Of a stretch of DNA of 50,246 bases, positions 26,288 to 34,294 are shown piece by piece. The first letter of the stretch is position 1. The number at the start of each line of letters is the position of its first letter. The notes beneath the pieces were generated by a model, which ran no database searches, was not told where the DNA came from, and saw only the letters and a program-made list of their open reading frames with translations. Source of the stretch: Rubrobacter sp. (lineage in GTDB: Bacteria; Actinomycetota; Rubrobacteria; Rubrobacterales; Rubrobacteraceae); assembly GCA_013695335.1 (NCBI GenBank), contig JACDAR010000157.1, positions 1-50,246 of the forward strand, given 5' to 3'. Position numbers and translations under genes: made by a program.

Positions 26288-27472
26288 TCAACGCTCCTCT
26301 TCTTGCTCTTCGGTGTTTCCTTCTTCGTCAGCCTCGGCCTGCTCCCCACCAGCCTCTTCGCCGCTACCTGCCTCATCCGCCGACGGGGTTTCCACCGGCT
26401 CATCAACCTCTTCGACCGAAGCCGCCACGTCGCTGGCCTCTGCCTCATCAGCTTCAGCCTCGGCCTCTGCGATCTCCGGCGCTTCGCTGGCAGTCACGTC
26501 GGTGACCTCAGCCTCAGTATCAGGCGCGTCCTCTGGGACTGCCTCCACCGTGGGCTCCGCCACTTCCATTTCCTCAGGCGCCTCAACTTCGACGGGAACA
26601 TCCGCGTCCTCAACCACTGCCACGTCGGTGGCCTCCGGTTCGGGGGCGGCTGGCGCTTCGGCTGATGGTGCGCTGTCGTCGCTTGATCCGTTAGCAGCGT
26701 TTCCTGCGGCGATCTCCTCTGCGACGCGCGCCTCCTCGACCGCAGGGGGAACCAGGCGATCCTCTGGATGCACCTCGTCCTCGCCCTTGCCTTCGAGCAC
26801 AGCGTCCGCCATGAGTTTGGAGATCAGGTTGATCGAACGAATGGCGTCGTCGTTGCCAGGGATTATGTAGTCAACGACCTCTGGGTCGCAGTTGGTATCG
26901 GTCAGGGCTACGACGGGGATTCTCAGGCGGTTCGCCTCCTTGACCAGAAGCTCCTCGCGCTTGGGGTCAACCACGAAGATGGCGCCTGGAAGCCGCTCCA
27001 TCTCGGTGAGGCCGGCGAAGTTCCTGCGCAGCTTCTGGAACTCGCGCGTCATGGCGAACCAGTCTTTGCCGCTGCGATCCTCCTCAGGCGTCTCATCAAC
27101 GCGGACCGCGAGGTCCTTGAAGTACTGGATGCGGGGCTGGATGGTCTGAAAGTTCGTCAACATGCCGCCGATATAGCGTTCTGCCACGTACGGCTGGCCG
27201 CTACGCATCGCCTGCTCGGCTATGGTGAGCTGGGCCTGCTTCTTGGTGCCGACGAACAGGATCTCGCGCCCTGCTTCCCCTATGCTTTTGGCGAAAGCAA
27301 GGGCACGGTCGAGCAACGTGATCGTCTGGTCCAGATCGATGATGTGGACCCCGGCGCGCTGGGCGAAGATGAATTTCTTCATCTTGGGGTTCCAGCGCTT
27401 GGCCTGGTGCCCGAAATGCACCCCGGCCCCGAGAAGCTCCCTGACGCCTATCTGCTGTGCTGTGCTTTCCAC
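26288..27472 (-). CDS. rpsB: 30S ribosomal protein S2 with a long acidic C-terminal extension
   Basis: LLGAGVHFGHQAKRWNPKM and the conserved S2 core to roughly residue 250. About 140 aa of E/A/D/V/P-rich low complexity follows. GTG start with AAGGAGAGG 8 nt upstream. Confidence 0.95.
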   Translation of the reverse strand: MESTAQQIGVRELLGAGVHFGHQAKRWNPKMKKFIFAQRAGVHIIDLDQTITLLDRALAFAKSIGEAGREILFVGTKKQAQLTIAEQAMRSGQPYVAERYIGGMLTNFQTIQPRIQYFKDLAVRVDETPEEDRSGKDWFAMTREFQKLRRNFAGLTEMERLPGAIFVVDPKREELLVKEANRLRIPVVALTDTNCDPEVVDYIIPGNDDAIRSINLISKLMADAVLEGKGEDEVHPEDRLVPPAVEEARVAEEIAAGNAANGSSDDSAPSAEAPAAPEPEATDVAVVEDADVPVEVEAPEEMEVAEPTVEAVPEDAPDTEAEVTDVTASEAPEIAEAEAEADEAEASDVAASVEEVDEPVETPSADEAGSGEEAGGEQAEADEEGNTEEQEEER

Positions 27473-27764
27473 GATGTGTACCTCTCCTTTTCAGGTGGTT
27501 GGTGTCGTCCGCCCGCGCATCGCAACCCGCACCGTGTAAATGCGGGCCACCACCTGGGCACACCGTCAGGCGGCCCTCTCGCAGGCGTGTGTGGTTGGAG
27601 ACGCCGCAGCCGGGACTCTGAGAGCAACACCGTTCCGCAGCCGTCTCGTTACGGCCCCGAAGATGTTAGCACAAGGGATGCACGGCTTCTAGCTGTGGGC
27701 GCGTCCGCCCGATCCGGTACTTCTCGATGTCGAGCCCCATATTCCGAGAGCCCTCCTCTCCGCA

Positions 27765-27797
27765 GCCGGGCTGACGCAGATCCAGCGTCAGCCCGGC
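27765..27797. repeat. Perfect 13-bp inverted repeat with a 7-nt spacer
   Basis: GCCGGGCTGACGC (27765-27777), agatcca, GCGTCAGCCCGGC (27785-27797). No adjacent T or A tract. Confidence 0.8.
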
Positions 27798-28188
27798 GAC
27801 GGCTCGGCCCACCTCCTGGGCCGTGACCCACCGGGGCCCGGTCCTGACGAGCAACTCGTCCAGGATGGCCCACAGGGTCTCGGATCGCTCACGACTCGAA
27901 GTAGACTACCAGCCAGTCCGAGAGGTGATTGGTGCGGCGCTCCAGATCTGCACGGGCGGTGCCTGCCGCTTGATCTTTGCCTGAATCAGCCAGCCAGTCG
28001 CGGTCAACGAGAGGTATCGTGACCACGGCCAGCGGTTAGTCTCTCACCATTTATGCGAGTTTGCAGATGCGGACTTCGGAGACTTCACCGTCCACGCGCT
28101 CGGTCGAACAGCGGTAAGGAGAGAAAGTCATTTGACCGTACCCCCTCTTCCTGAGAGATGTCTCGACGCTAGCTTGGGACCAGAAACA

Positions 28189-28962
28189 CTACAGAGCGTT
28201 GCTGAACATGCCCATCTCTTCCTCACTCAGCCAGTGCGCCCAGTAGCCGTTACCCTCGTTGGTGAAGTAAGTCTTCCGGTCAAAGGAGCTGCCGTCGGGT
28301 AGGTAGACCGTGACAAACACAGCATAGGTCGGGAAGTCGTTGCCAATGTCCTCTGGGTATGCATCCGTTACGATAAATTCGCCAGCGGCGCTGTCCAGGG
28401 CCGTATTCGCCTCTACCCACGCATCCACGGGATAGAGTGCCTGATCATCCGTGCTGAGAAGGCTGTGGGTCGTGTAGTAGTCGCCTGTCTCCGCAGCCTG
28501 ATAGTAAGCAATGGCCGCGTTGATAACCTCGGCCTCTTCGGTGGTTACCGCGCCAACGTCATATTCTGGCGAGACTACCACGACACCCTCGGGTGCCTGC
28601 GAGGGAGGAGCCGCCCAGTCGCTGTTACTCTCAATGACTACGTCGGGCTGCGAATTCGATTCCTGCCCGGTCTGGTCTGTATCCTGCGGCTCGCTCTCCT
28701 GCTCCTCGACTTTCTTCTCCAGGGCGGCGATCTTCTGCTCCATCTCCGCCTCCTTTGCAGCCTCCTGCCTTTCCTTCTGAGCCTCCAACTCTTTCTGGAG
28801 TTCCTCGTTCTTCTGCCGCTCCTCCTCCAAGGCCTCCTGCTGTTGATCCAATGCCTGACTCTGATCCGAACCCTGATTGCAGCCCGTGCCAAACAACGTA
28901 GCTGTGATCAGAATAACCAACACCGTCACAAAGACTCGAACCTTTGCTACCCGATTAACCAT
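28189..28962 (-). CDS. Putative secreted protein or lipoprotein: signal peptide, Q/E/K coiled coil, acidic linker, globular C-terminal domain
   Basis: The ATG at 28962 follows GGGAGGAG with a 5-nt spacer. The protein begins MVNRVAKVRVFVTVLVILITATLFGTG|C, a lipobox-like site that lacks Leu at -3. Visibly more A/T-rich than flanking genes. No family recognised. Confidence 0.6.
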   Translation of the reverse strand: MVNRVAKVRVFVTVLVILITATLFGTGCNQGSDQSQALDQQQEALEEERQKNEELQKELEAQKERQEAAKEAEMEQKIAALEKKVEEQESEPQDTDQTGQESNSQPDVVIESNSDWAAPPSQAPEGVVVVSPEYDVGAVTTEEAEVINAAIAYYQAAETGDYYTTHSLLSTDDQALYPVDAWVEANTALDSAAGEFIVTDAYPEDIGNDFPTYAVFVTVYLPDGSSFDRKTYFTNEGNGYWAHWLSEEEMGMFSNAL

Positions 28963-29169
28963 CTCGGCTCCTCCCGCAAAGAACATACTGCGCCTCATAT
29001 AGTGCCATCCGGGTTGAGGGGCAACGTATCCGCGCCCCTGGCAGTGATGGCTTCGCCGTCCTCATGCGCCCAGACGAGTGATGCGAACAGCATCTCTCTG
29101 ATCATGGATAGACCCAGCAACAGCAACACCTTTCTCAGGATTCCTCTAGGATCTTCCATGCTGAAAGCC

Positions 29170-29199
29170 ATGTTAGGCATGAGGCGTCGTCTAAGTCAA
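29170..29199 (-). promoter_or_regulatory. Candidate sigma70-type promoter upstream of the lipoprotein gene
   Basis: Minus strand: TTGACT (29199-29194), 18-nt spacer, TAACAT (29175-29170). It would give a leader of about 200 nt. Confidence 0.35.
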
Positions 29200-29296
29200 G
29201 GACGCACGATGTTCCCTCGACTCCGGTCCAGACGGCCTGCCCCAGCGAGGGCCGTGTTGGTATCACTCTGGCGCCAGGTCTGTATGTCTCAGGCGA

Positions 29297-29310
29297 CTTT
29301 GGATCCAAAG
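29297..29310. repeat. Perfect 14-bp palindrome CTTTGGATCCAAAG
   Basis: Self-complementary over all 14 nt. It lies in the non-coding spacer downstream of dprA. Confidence 0.8.
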
Positions 29311-29523
29311 AAGACTAAGCGCCCGAGGACATGAGGTCTTCGTGATTCAAGACTCCCGCCATTAGGGTCCCACCCCAGATGACCGCGTATTCGGCAAGCG
29401 GCGAGTACGCGACGACCAGCCGGCCCCGGAGGTGGCTGGTGCGGGACTCCACATCGCCTTTCCCTACACGGGCCAGCCTGCCACGGTCTCCGGGACATCG
29501 GATTCGGCCAGGAGCCCGACCTT

Positions 29524-30636
29524 TTATCCTCCGGCTCTCCGAACGAAAGCGCCGCTGCCGTCCCGGCTGACGTAGCCCTTGAGTTCCAGAAGCGCGAGCG
29601 CGGAAAGGACTTCCTGCATCCGCATCCCGCTCCGTCCGGCGACAGCATCAACCGCCGTTGGCTCGAAGCCGACGCCAGCCAGCGCAGCGGCCTCTCCCTC
29701 GGGAAGTCCGGCTGGCACCGAAGCGTCGAGGCGGGATGCCTTCGCCCGCACCGGCTCGACGGGCAAGGGGGCTACCGAGTCCACGAACTCAGGGATGTCC
29801 CATAAGCACCCGGCGCCGTCGGCGATGAGCTTGTTCGAGCCCCGGCATTCAGGGAGGCCGGGCGGCCCTGGCACGGCCCACACGTCGGCCCCCGCATCGA
29901 GGGCGTGGCGCACGGTGATGAGGGCGCCGCTCTTCTCCGCGGCCTCGACCACCACGACGGATTGGCAGAGACCGGAGATGATCCTGTTTCTCGCCGGAAA
30001 CCTCCACGCGAGCGGCGCTTCCCCGAGATGGTACTCTGAGACTATCGCCCCGCTCTCCCTGACCAGCCCGAAGAGCCGCCGATTGCTCCGGGGATATACA
30101 ACGTCTATCCCGCAGCCAAGCACGCCAACCGTCACGCCTTCGGCCTCCAGAGCCCCTTCGTGCGCGGCGGCGTCCACGCCGAGCGCCAGCCCGCTCACCA
30201 CGCACACGCCGCGTTCCCCGAGCGCGCGGCCCAGCGAACGGGCTGTGTCGAGGCCGCTCACTGATGCCTTGCGAGACCCCACAAGCGCCACCGAGGGGAG
30301 ATCCGGCATCGGCAACTCCCCGTCCACATACAGCGCCGGTGGAGGGTCGGGCACGGCCTTCAGGCGTTCGGGATACGTTTCGTCAGCCAGCGTAACAACC
30401 GAGATACCGAGTCGCTCGACATCGCCCAGTACGCTCTCCGGGTCGAAGCCTTGTCTCAACTCATCGAAAGCTTTGGTGGCGCGTTCGGTCATTCGCACCC
30501 GTTCCCCGAGTTCGCTTGCGCGCATCTCCGGGATCTCCGAGAGGGGAATTTCACCGAGGCGGGACACGAAGCTCGTTCCGGTTCGCGCCTGCAAGAGCGA
30601 GAGGAAGAGGTAGGCGGATCTCTCGCTACCGGTCAA
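29524..30636 (-). CDS. dprA: DNA-processing protein DprA (Smf)
   Basis: Rossmann-like DprA core (VVSGLALGVDAAAHEGAL, VLGCGIDVVYP, ARNRIISGL) and a C-terminal winged-helix-like tail. Confidence 0.9.
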   Translation of the reverse strand: MTGSERSAYLFLSLLQARTGTSFVSRLGEIPLSEIPEMRASELGERVRMTERATKAFDELRQGFDPESVLGDVERLGISVVTLADETYPERLKAVPDPPPALYVDGELPMPDLPSVALVGSRKASVSGLDTARSLGRALGERGVCVVSGLALGVDAAAHEGALEAEGVTVGVLGCGIDVVYPRSNRRLFGLVRESGAIVSEYHLGEAPLAWRFPARNRIISGLCQSVVVVEAAEKSGALITVRHALDAGADVWAVPGPPGLPECRGSNKLIADGAGCLWDIPEFVDSVAPLPVEPVRAKASRLDASVPAGLPEGEAAALAGVGFEPTAVDAVAGRSGMRMQEVLSALALLELKGYVSRDGSGAFVRRAGG

Positions 30637-32140
30637 GGAAGCTCGACCTCCGGTAGTTGAGCGCCTCGGCGAGGTGTTCGACGGCGATGTCGTGTTCCCC
30701 GGCGAGGTCGGCTACGGTTCGGGCCACCCGCAGCACCCTGTCGTGGGATCTCCCGGTGAGGCCCATCCGATCTATGGCCGCCCCGAACAACGCCTCCGAA
30801 TCGCCCCCAAGTTTGCAAGCCTCCCGCAGGCGCGCCCCGGCAAGCGCGGAGTTGGGAACCCCCTGGCGACGGACCTGGGTCTCCCTGGCGACAGCCACCC
30901 GCTTCCGGATCACCGCCGAAGGCTCGGCCGCCAATCCGCCCCGCAATTCCTGGCGCGTCAGGCGCGGCACGTCAACGAAAAGATCTATGCGATCCAGGAG
31001 CGGCCCAGATATACGGCCCTGATAACGTTCGATCTGCCCGGCCGAACACCGGCAAGTCCGGCGCTTATCCCCGGCATATCCGCACGGACACGGGTTCATC
31101 GAGCAGACGAGAGTCACCCGAGCGGGGTAACTGAGCGTCGCCGCGACCCTGGAGATGGTGACGTGCCCGTCTTCTAGCGGCTGCCGCAATACTTCGAGCG
31201 TCGGCCTGTTGAACTCGGGGAACTCGTCCAGGAACAGCACGCCGTGGTGCGCGAGCGAGACCTCGCCGGGACGGGGGTTGCTCCCACCTCCCGCGAGCCC
31301 GGAAGTGGAGATCGTGTGGTGAGGCGCCCGGAATGGGCGGGCGTGGATCAACGCCCCGTTCCCCTCTCCAGCCGCGCTGTGGACCTTGGTTACCTCGATG
31401 CTCTCATCCAGGGTCAGCGGGGGCAGAATGCCAGGCAAGCGTCGGGCCAACATGGTCTTTCCAGAGCCGGGGGGTCCGCTCATGATGGCGTTGTGGCCAC
31501 CAGCCGCCGCTACCTCAAGCGCCCGCCTGGCGAAGCTCTGTCCAGCCACGTCCGCGAAATCCTCGACCGTCTCCGTGTTACCCGGACTGCCATCGTTCCC
31601 CTCGGGGACAGCCTGGGCAACCTCGTGCGCCCCACCGAGAAAGTCCACGGCTTCACGCAATGTCCGAATCCCAAAGACTTTCACGCCGCCGATGGAGGCC
31701 GCCTCGTTGGCGTTGATCTCGGGTAGCACCAGCCGCCGCAGGCCTTCGCGGCGCGCGCCCTCAGCCATGGACAGCGCCCCGCGCACGCCCCGCAACCCGC
31801 CATCCAGGGACAGTTCTCCCACAACGCCAGCATCTTTCAGGCTCTCTGCCGGAACCGCGCCAGAGACTGCGAGGACGGCGAGCGCGATGGGCAGATCGAA
31901 GGCCGGTCCTTCCTTGCGAAGGTGGGCTGGCGCCAGGTTGACTATCACCTTCTTCGTGGGGAACTTGTAGCCGCTGTTGGAAATCGCCACCTTCACCCGT
32001 TCCCGCGCCTCCTGCACTGCGGCGTCGGGCAACCCGACTATCGAGAAACCGGGCAAACCGGGGCTAACGTCAACCTCGACCTCGACCGGCAAGGCGTCTA
32101 TGCCAGAGAGCGTGAGGCTATGAGCCCGGCAGACAGACAT
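30626..32140 (-). CDS. comM: Mg-chelatase-like AAA+ protein YifB/ComM
   Basis: Lon-protease-like N-domain, Walker A GPPGSGKTMLARRLPGILPPL, GVLFLDEFPEF and a Cys cluster (CPCGYAGDKRRTCRCS). The ATG at 32140 gives the family-typical N-terminus (MSVCRAHSLTLSGIDALPVEVEVDV) and a 504-aa length. The track start at 32269 adds 43 atypical residues. Confidence 0.9.
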   Translation of the reverse strand: MSVCRAHSLTLSGIDALPVEVEVDVSPGLPGFSIVGLPDAAVQEARERVKVAISNSGYKFPTKKVIVNLAPAHLRKEGPAFDLPIALAVLAVSGAVPAESLKDAGVVGELSLDGGLRGVRGALSMAEGARREGLRRLVLPEINANEAASIGGVKVFGIRTLREAVDFLGGAHEVAQAVPEGNDGSPGNTETVEDFADVAGQSFARRALEVAAAGGHNAIMSGPPGSGKTMLARRLPGILPPLTLDESIEVTKVHSAAGEGNGALIHARPFRAPHHTISTSGLAGGGSNPRPGEVSLAHHGVLFLDEFPEFNRPTLEVLRQPLEDGHVTISRVAATLSYPARVTLVCSMNPCPCGYAGDKRRTCRCSAGQIERYQGRISGPLLDRIDLFVDVPRLTRQELRGGLAAEPSAVIRKRVAVARETQVRRQGVPNSALAGARLREACKLGGDSEALFGAAIDRMGLTGRSHDRVLRVARTVADLAGEHDIAVEHLAEALNYRRSSFLDR

Positions 32141-32258
32141 TACGCAGCGTGACCCGACCTCTCTGTATCCCCGCTCACCCGGCACTCTCCGGCAACCATG
32201 CAACAGAAGTTCGTGAATTATATAGCAACGTGATCCCGTTCTCGCCCCGGAATCCGTC

Positions 32259-32648
32259 TCAGAAGGCATCCTCGACGTGTTGGATGCTATATGAACCGCC
32301 TTCGATGAGTATCCCGATCACATCGAACCGGGCCTCTTCGAACTCGGGCTGTTCCTCGGCGAGATATTGCTCGGCGATGGCGCGAATAGACGCCTGTTTT
32401 CGTTCGGTGACGGCTTCGAGTGGATCGCCGTATCCCGTGCCGCGCCTGAGCTTCACCTCGACGAAGACAAGGGTATCTCCGTGACGGGAGATCAGGTCGA
32501 TCTCCCCGTATCGCGTCCTGTAGTTGCGCCTGACCACCGAGTATCCGTGCTGGATGAGGTAGCGGCGGGCGAGCTCCTCCCCCCGATCCCCAGCCTCTTT
32601 GCTCGTCAGCTTCCGACCCCGGCGTAGCTCATGCGATGGACCCGGCAC
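32259..32648 (-). CDS. yraN: YraN-family (UPF0102) endonuclease-like protein
   Basis: GDRGEELARRYLIQHGYSVVRRNYRTRYGEIDLISRHGDTLVFVEVKLRR, a PD-(D/E)xK-like core. rnhB-yraN-comM synteny. The start overlaps the rnhB 3' end by 43 nt and is uncertain. Confidence 0.85.
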   Translation of the reverse strand: MPGPSHELRRGRKLTSKEAGDRGEELARRYLIQHGYSVVRRNYRTRYGEIDLISRHGDTLVFVEVKLRRGTGYGDPLEAVTERKQASIRAIAEQYLAEEQPEFEEARFDVIGILIEGGSYSIQHVEDAF

Positions 32649-33226
32649 GGACCCGCCTCCGCGAGCGCCCGGCGATGCTGCGGCGTTCCATATCCGCTGT
32701 TCCTATCGAAACCATAGTCGGAATGCTCGACGGAAAGGACGCGCATCGCATGATCCCTCAAGACTTTTGCAACCACGCTGGCAGCCGCGACCGCCGCACT
32801 CGAACCATCGGCCCGAGGCTGGCATTCGATGTCGGGGCCGAGCTTGAGGTTGCCATCGGCCAGGGCACAACCGGCTTGCGGCTCAAGAATTTTGATCGCC
32901 CGCGTAAGTGCTTCCCTGTTGGCCGCGCCGAGGCCGTGGCTGTCGATCCACCACGCCGGCAGCGCGACCACCGAGACGGCCTCGGCGCCACCGATAACCT
33001 CTTCCAACAATCGCTCCCTGTGCACGGGGCTCAGGGTCTTGGAATCGTCGAGGTCGGGGATGACGTTTCCGTCGAGTATCGTTGCAGCCGCGACGAGCGG
33101 CCCTGCCAGCGATCCCCTGCCAGCCTCATCGGCGCCAGCGAGGGGTCCACCGCGTTCGTTCACCCACGCTGCGTCGAACGCGTAGAGCGCTCTCCCCGGA
33201 GGCTCTTTCCGGCGGGAGCGGGGCAA
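32606..33226 (-). CDS. rnhB: Ribonuclease HII
   Basis: GADEAGRGSLAGPLVAAA catalytic motif, DDSKTLS, GYGTPQH. Confidence 0.9.
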   Translation of the reverse strand: MPRSRRKEPPGRALYAFDAAWVNERGGPLAGADEAGRGSLAGPLVAAATILDGNVIPDLDDSKTLSPVHRERLLEEVIGGAEAVSVVALPAWWIDSHGLGAANREALTRAIKILEPQAGCALADGNLKLGPDIECQPRADGSSAAVAAASVVAKVLRDHAMRVLSVEHSDYGFDRNSGYGTPQHRRALAEAGPCRVHRMSYAGVGS

Positions 33227-33235
33227 TGCCCGAGG

Positions 33236-33562
33236 CTACTTCGCCTTCTTGACGCGGGCCTTCTTGCCGACTTTTTCGCGGATGTAGTAGAGTTTCGCCC
33301 GGCGCACGGCGCCGCGGGATGCGACTTCTATGCGCGCAATCTTCGGGGAATGCAAGGGAAAGATGCGTTCGACAGCGACCCCGAAAGAGTTCTTTCGGAC
33401 TATAAAAGTCTCCCCGATGCCGCTGCCTTTTCGCGCCAGACAGAGTCCCTCGAAGACCTGGGTACGTTCCCGGTTACCTTCGATGACGCGGTAGTGGACA
33501 CGAACCGTGTCCCCCGGCCGGAACTGGACATCGTTACGCTGCACGTTCTCGCTAGTTATCAT
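33236..33562 (-). CDS. rplS: 50S ribosomal protein L19
   Basis: [35 protein letters not shown]...[10 protein letters not shown]. Confidence 0.97.
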   Translation of the reverse strand: MITSENVQRNDVQFRPGDTVRVHYRVIEGNRERTQVFEGLCLARKGSGIGETFIVRKNSFGVAVERIFPLHSPKIARIEVASRGAVRRAKLYYIREKVGKKARVKKAK

Positions 33563-33610
33563 TCTGGGCTCCTCTCCTGGTGGCCATACGAAGAACCAGG
33601 GGATATGCCT

Positions 33611-34294
33611 TCAAAAGTCCCTGGCTCGCGCCCTCTCTCTGGCCTGGCTCTCGCGCCAGGCCCGTATCTCGGCGTGATTGCCGGATAATAGCACGCCGGG
33701 CACGGCCTCTCCATCCCACACCGATGGCCGCGTGTATTGTGGTGGCCCGAGCATCTCCTCGTCAGAGAAAGACTCCCCGATCAGGCTCTCCCTGTTCCCG
33801 AGTACGCCTTCGAGGCGACGGATCACGGCGTCCACCAACGCCGAAGCCGCGATCTCCCCCCCTGACATCACGAAATCCCCAAGGGAAACCGTATCCGTCG
33901 CGATCTCCTCCCGCACCCGCTCGTCCATCCCGCCGTACCGTCCGCAGATGATGGTGAGATCCTCACCTGACGCCACTTCCTCGACGTAACCCTGCGTGAT
34001 CGGACGTCCCCATGCCTCAGTCAGCACCACGCGCCGATCCCGCTTCACCTCTCGCGCCGGAACGCCATAGACGGCTTCGAGGGCACGGGAGATCACGTCC
34101 ACCCGCACGACCATCCCCGCGCCCCCGCCAAATGGCATGTCGTCTATTCGTCCTCCCGGCGCGTACTCGCGCAGGTCGAACGTCCGTAGTTCCACGATAC
34201 GGCGCTCCAGCGCCCTTCCCACGACCCCGACCCGTACCGCAGCCTCGACCGCTCCGGGAAAGACACAGAATACGTCAACGCGTTTCACGGGCAA
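33611..34294 (-). CDS. trmD: tRNA (guanine37-N1)-methyltransferase TrmD
   Basis: DDMPFGGGAGMV, ICGRYGGMDERV, SLGDFVMSGGE, LLSGNHAEIRAWR. Confidence 0.95.
   Translation of the reverse strand: MPVKRVDVFCVFPGAVEAAVRVGVVGRALERRIVELRTFDLREYAPGGRIDDMPFGGGAGMVVRVDVISRALEAVYGVPAREVKRDRRVVLTEAWGRPITQGYVEEVASGEDLTIICGRYGGMDERVREEIATDTVSLGDFVMSGGEIAASALVDAVIRRLEGVLGNRESLIGESFSDEEMLGPPQYTRPSVWDGEAVPGVLLSGNHAEIRAWRESQARERARARDF

Noticed and set aside
27649-27873. Two overlapping small minus-strand ORFs (74 aa and 62 aa) upstream of rpsB
   Set aside because: Neither has an SD. One is Arg/Gly-rich noise. The other would have to encode across a perfect 13-bp inverted repeat and would contain the candidate rpsB promoter. 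I treat the region as non-coding or decayed (see findings).
28995-29180. 61-aa minus-strand ORF just upstream of the lipoprotein gene, whose TGA overlaps an ATG at 28998 (ATGA)
   Set aside because: None of its three ATGs has an SD. The first ATG lies upstream of the best promoter candidate. The lipoprotein gene has a much better start at 28962 (GGGAGGAG). It is kept only as a remote possibility for a small leader peptide.
28465-29334. 289-aa plus-strand ORF covering the lipoprotein gene antisense and the adjacent spacer
   Set aside because: Leu-rich antisense translation of the Q/E/K coiled-coil codons. It has no start context and no motifs.
29400-29523. Possible riboswitch-like strings on the minus strand: CCCGGAGACCGTGGCAGG (B12-box-like), and GTAGGGAAAGG and CCGAATCCGA (ydaO/c-di-AMP-like)
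   Set aside because: The order and spacing of the elements do not match either consensus: the B12-box-like string comes first rather than last, and there is no CAGCUAACC or ACGGGG core. I could not build the required helices. It needs an Infernal scan before any claim.
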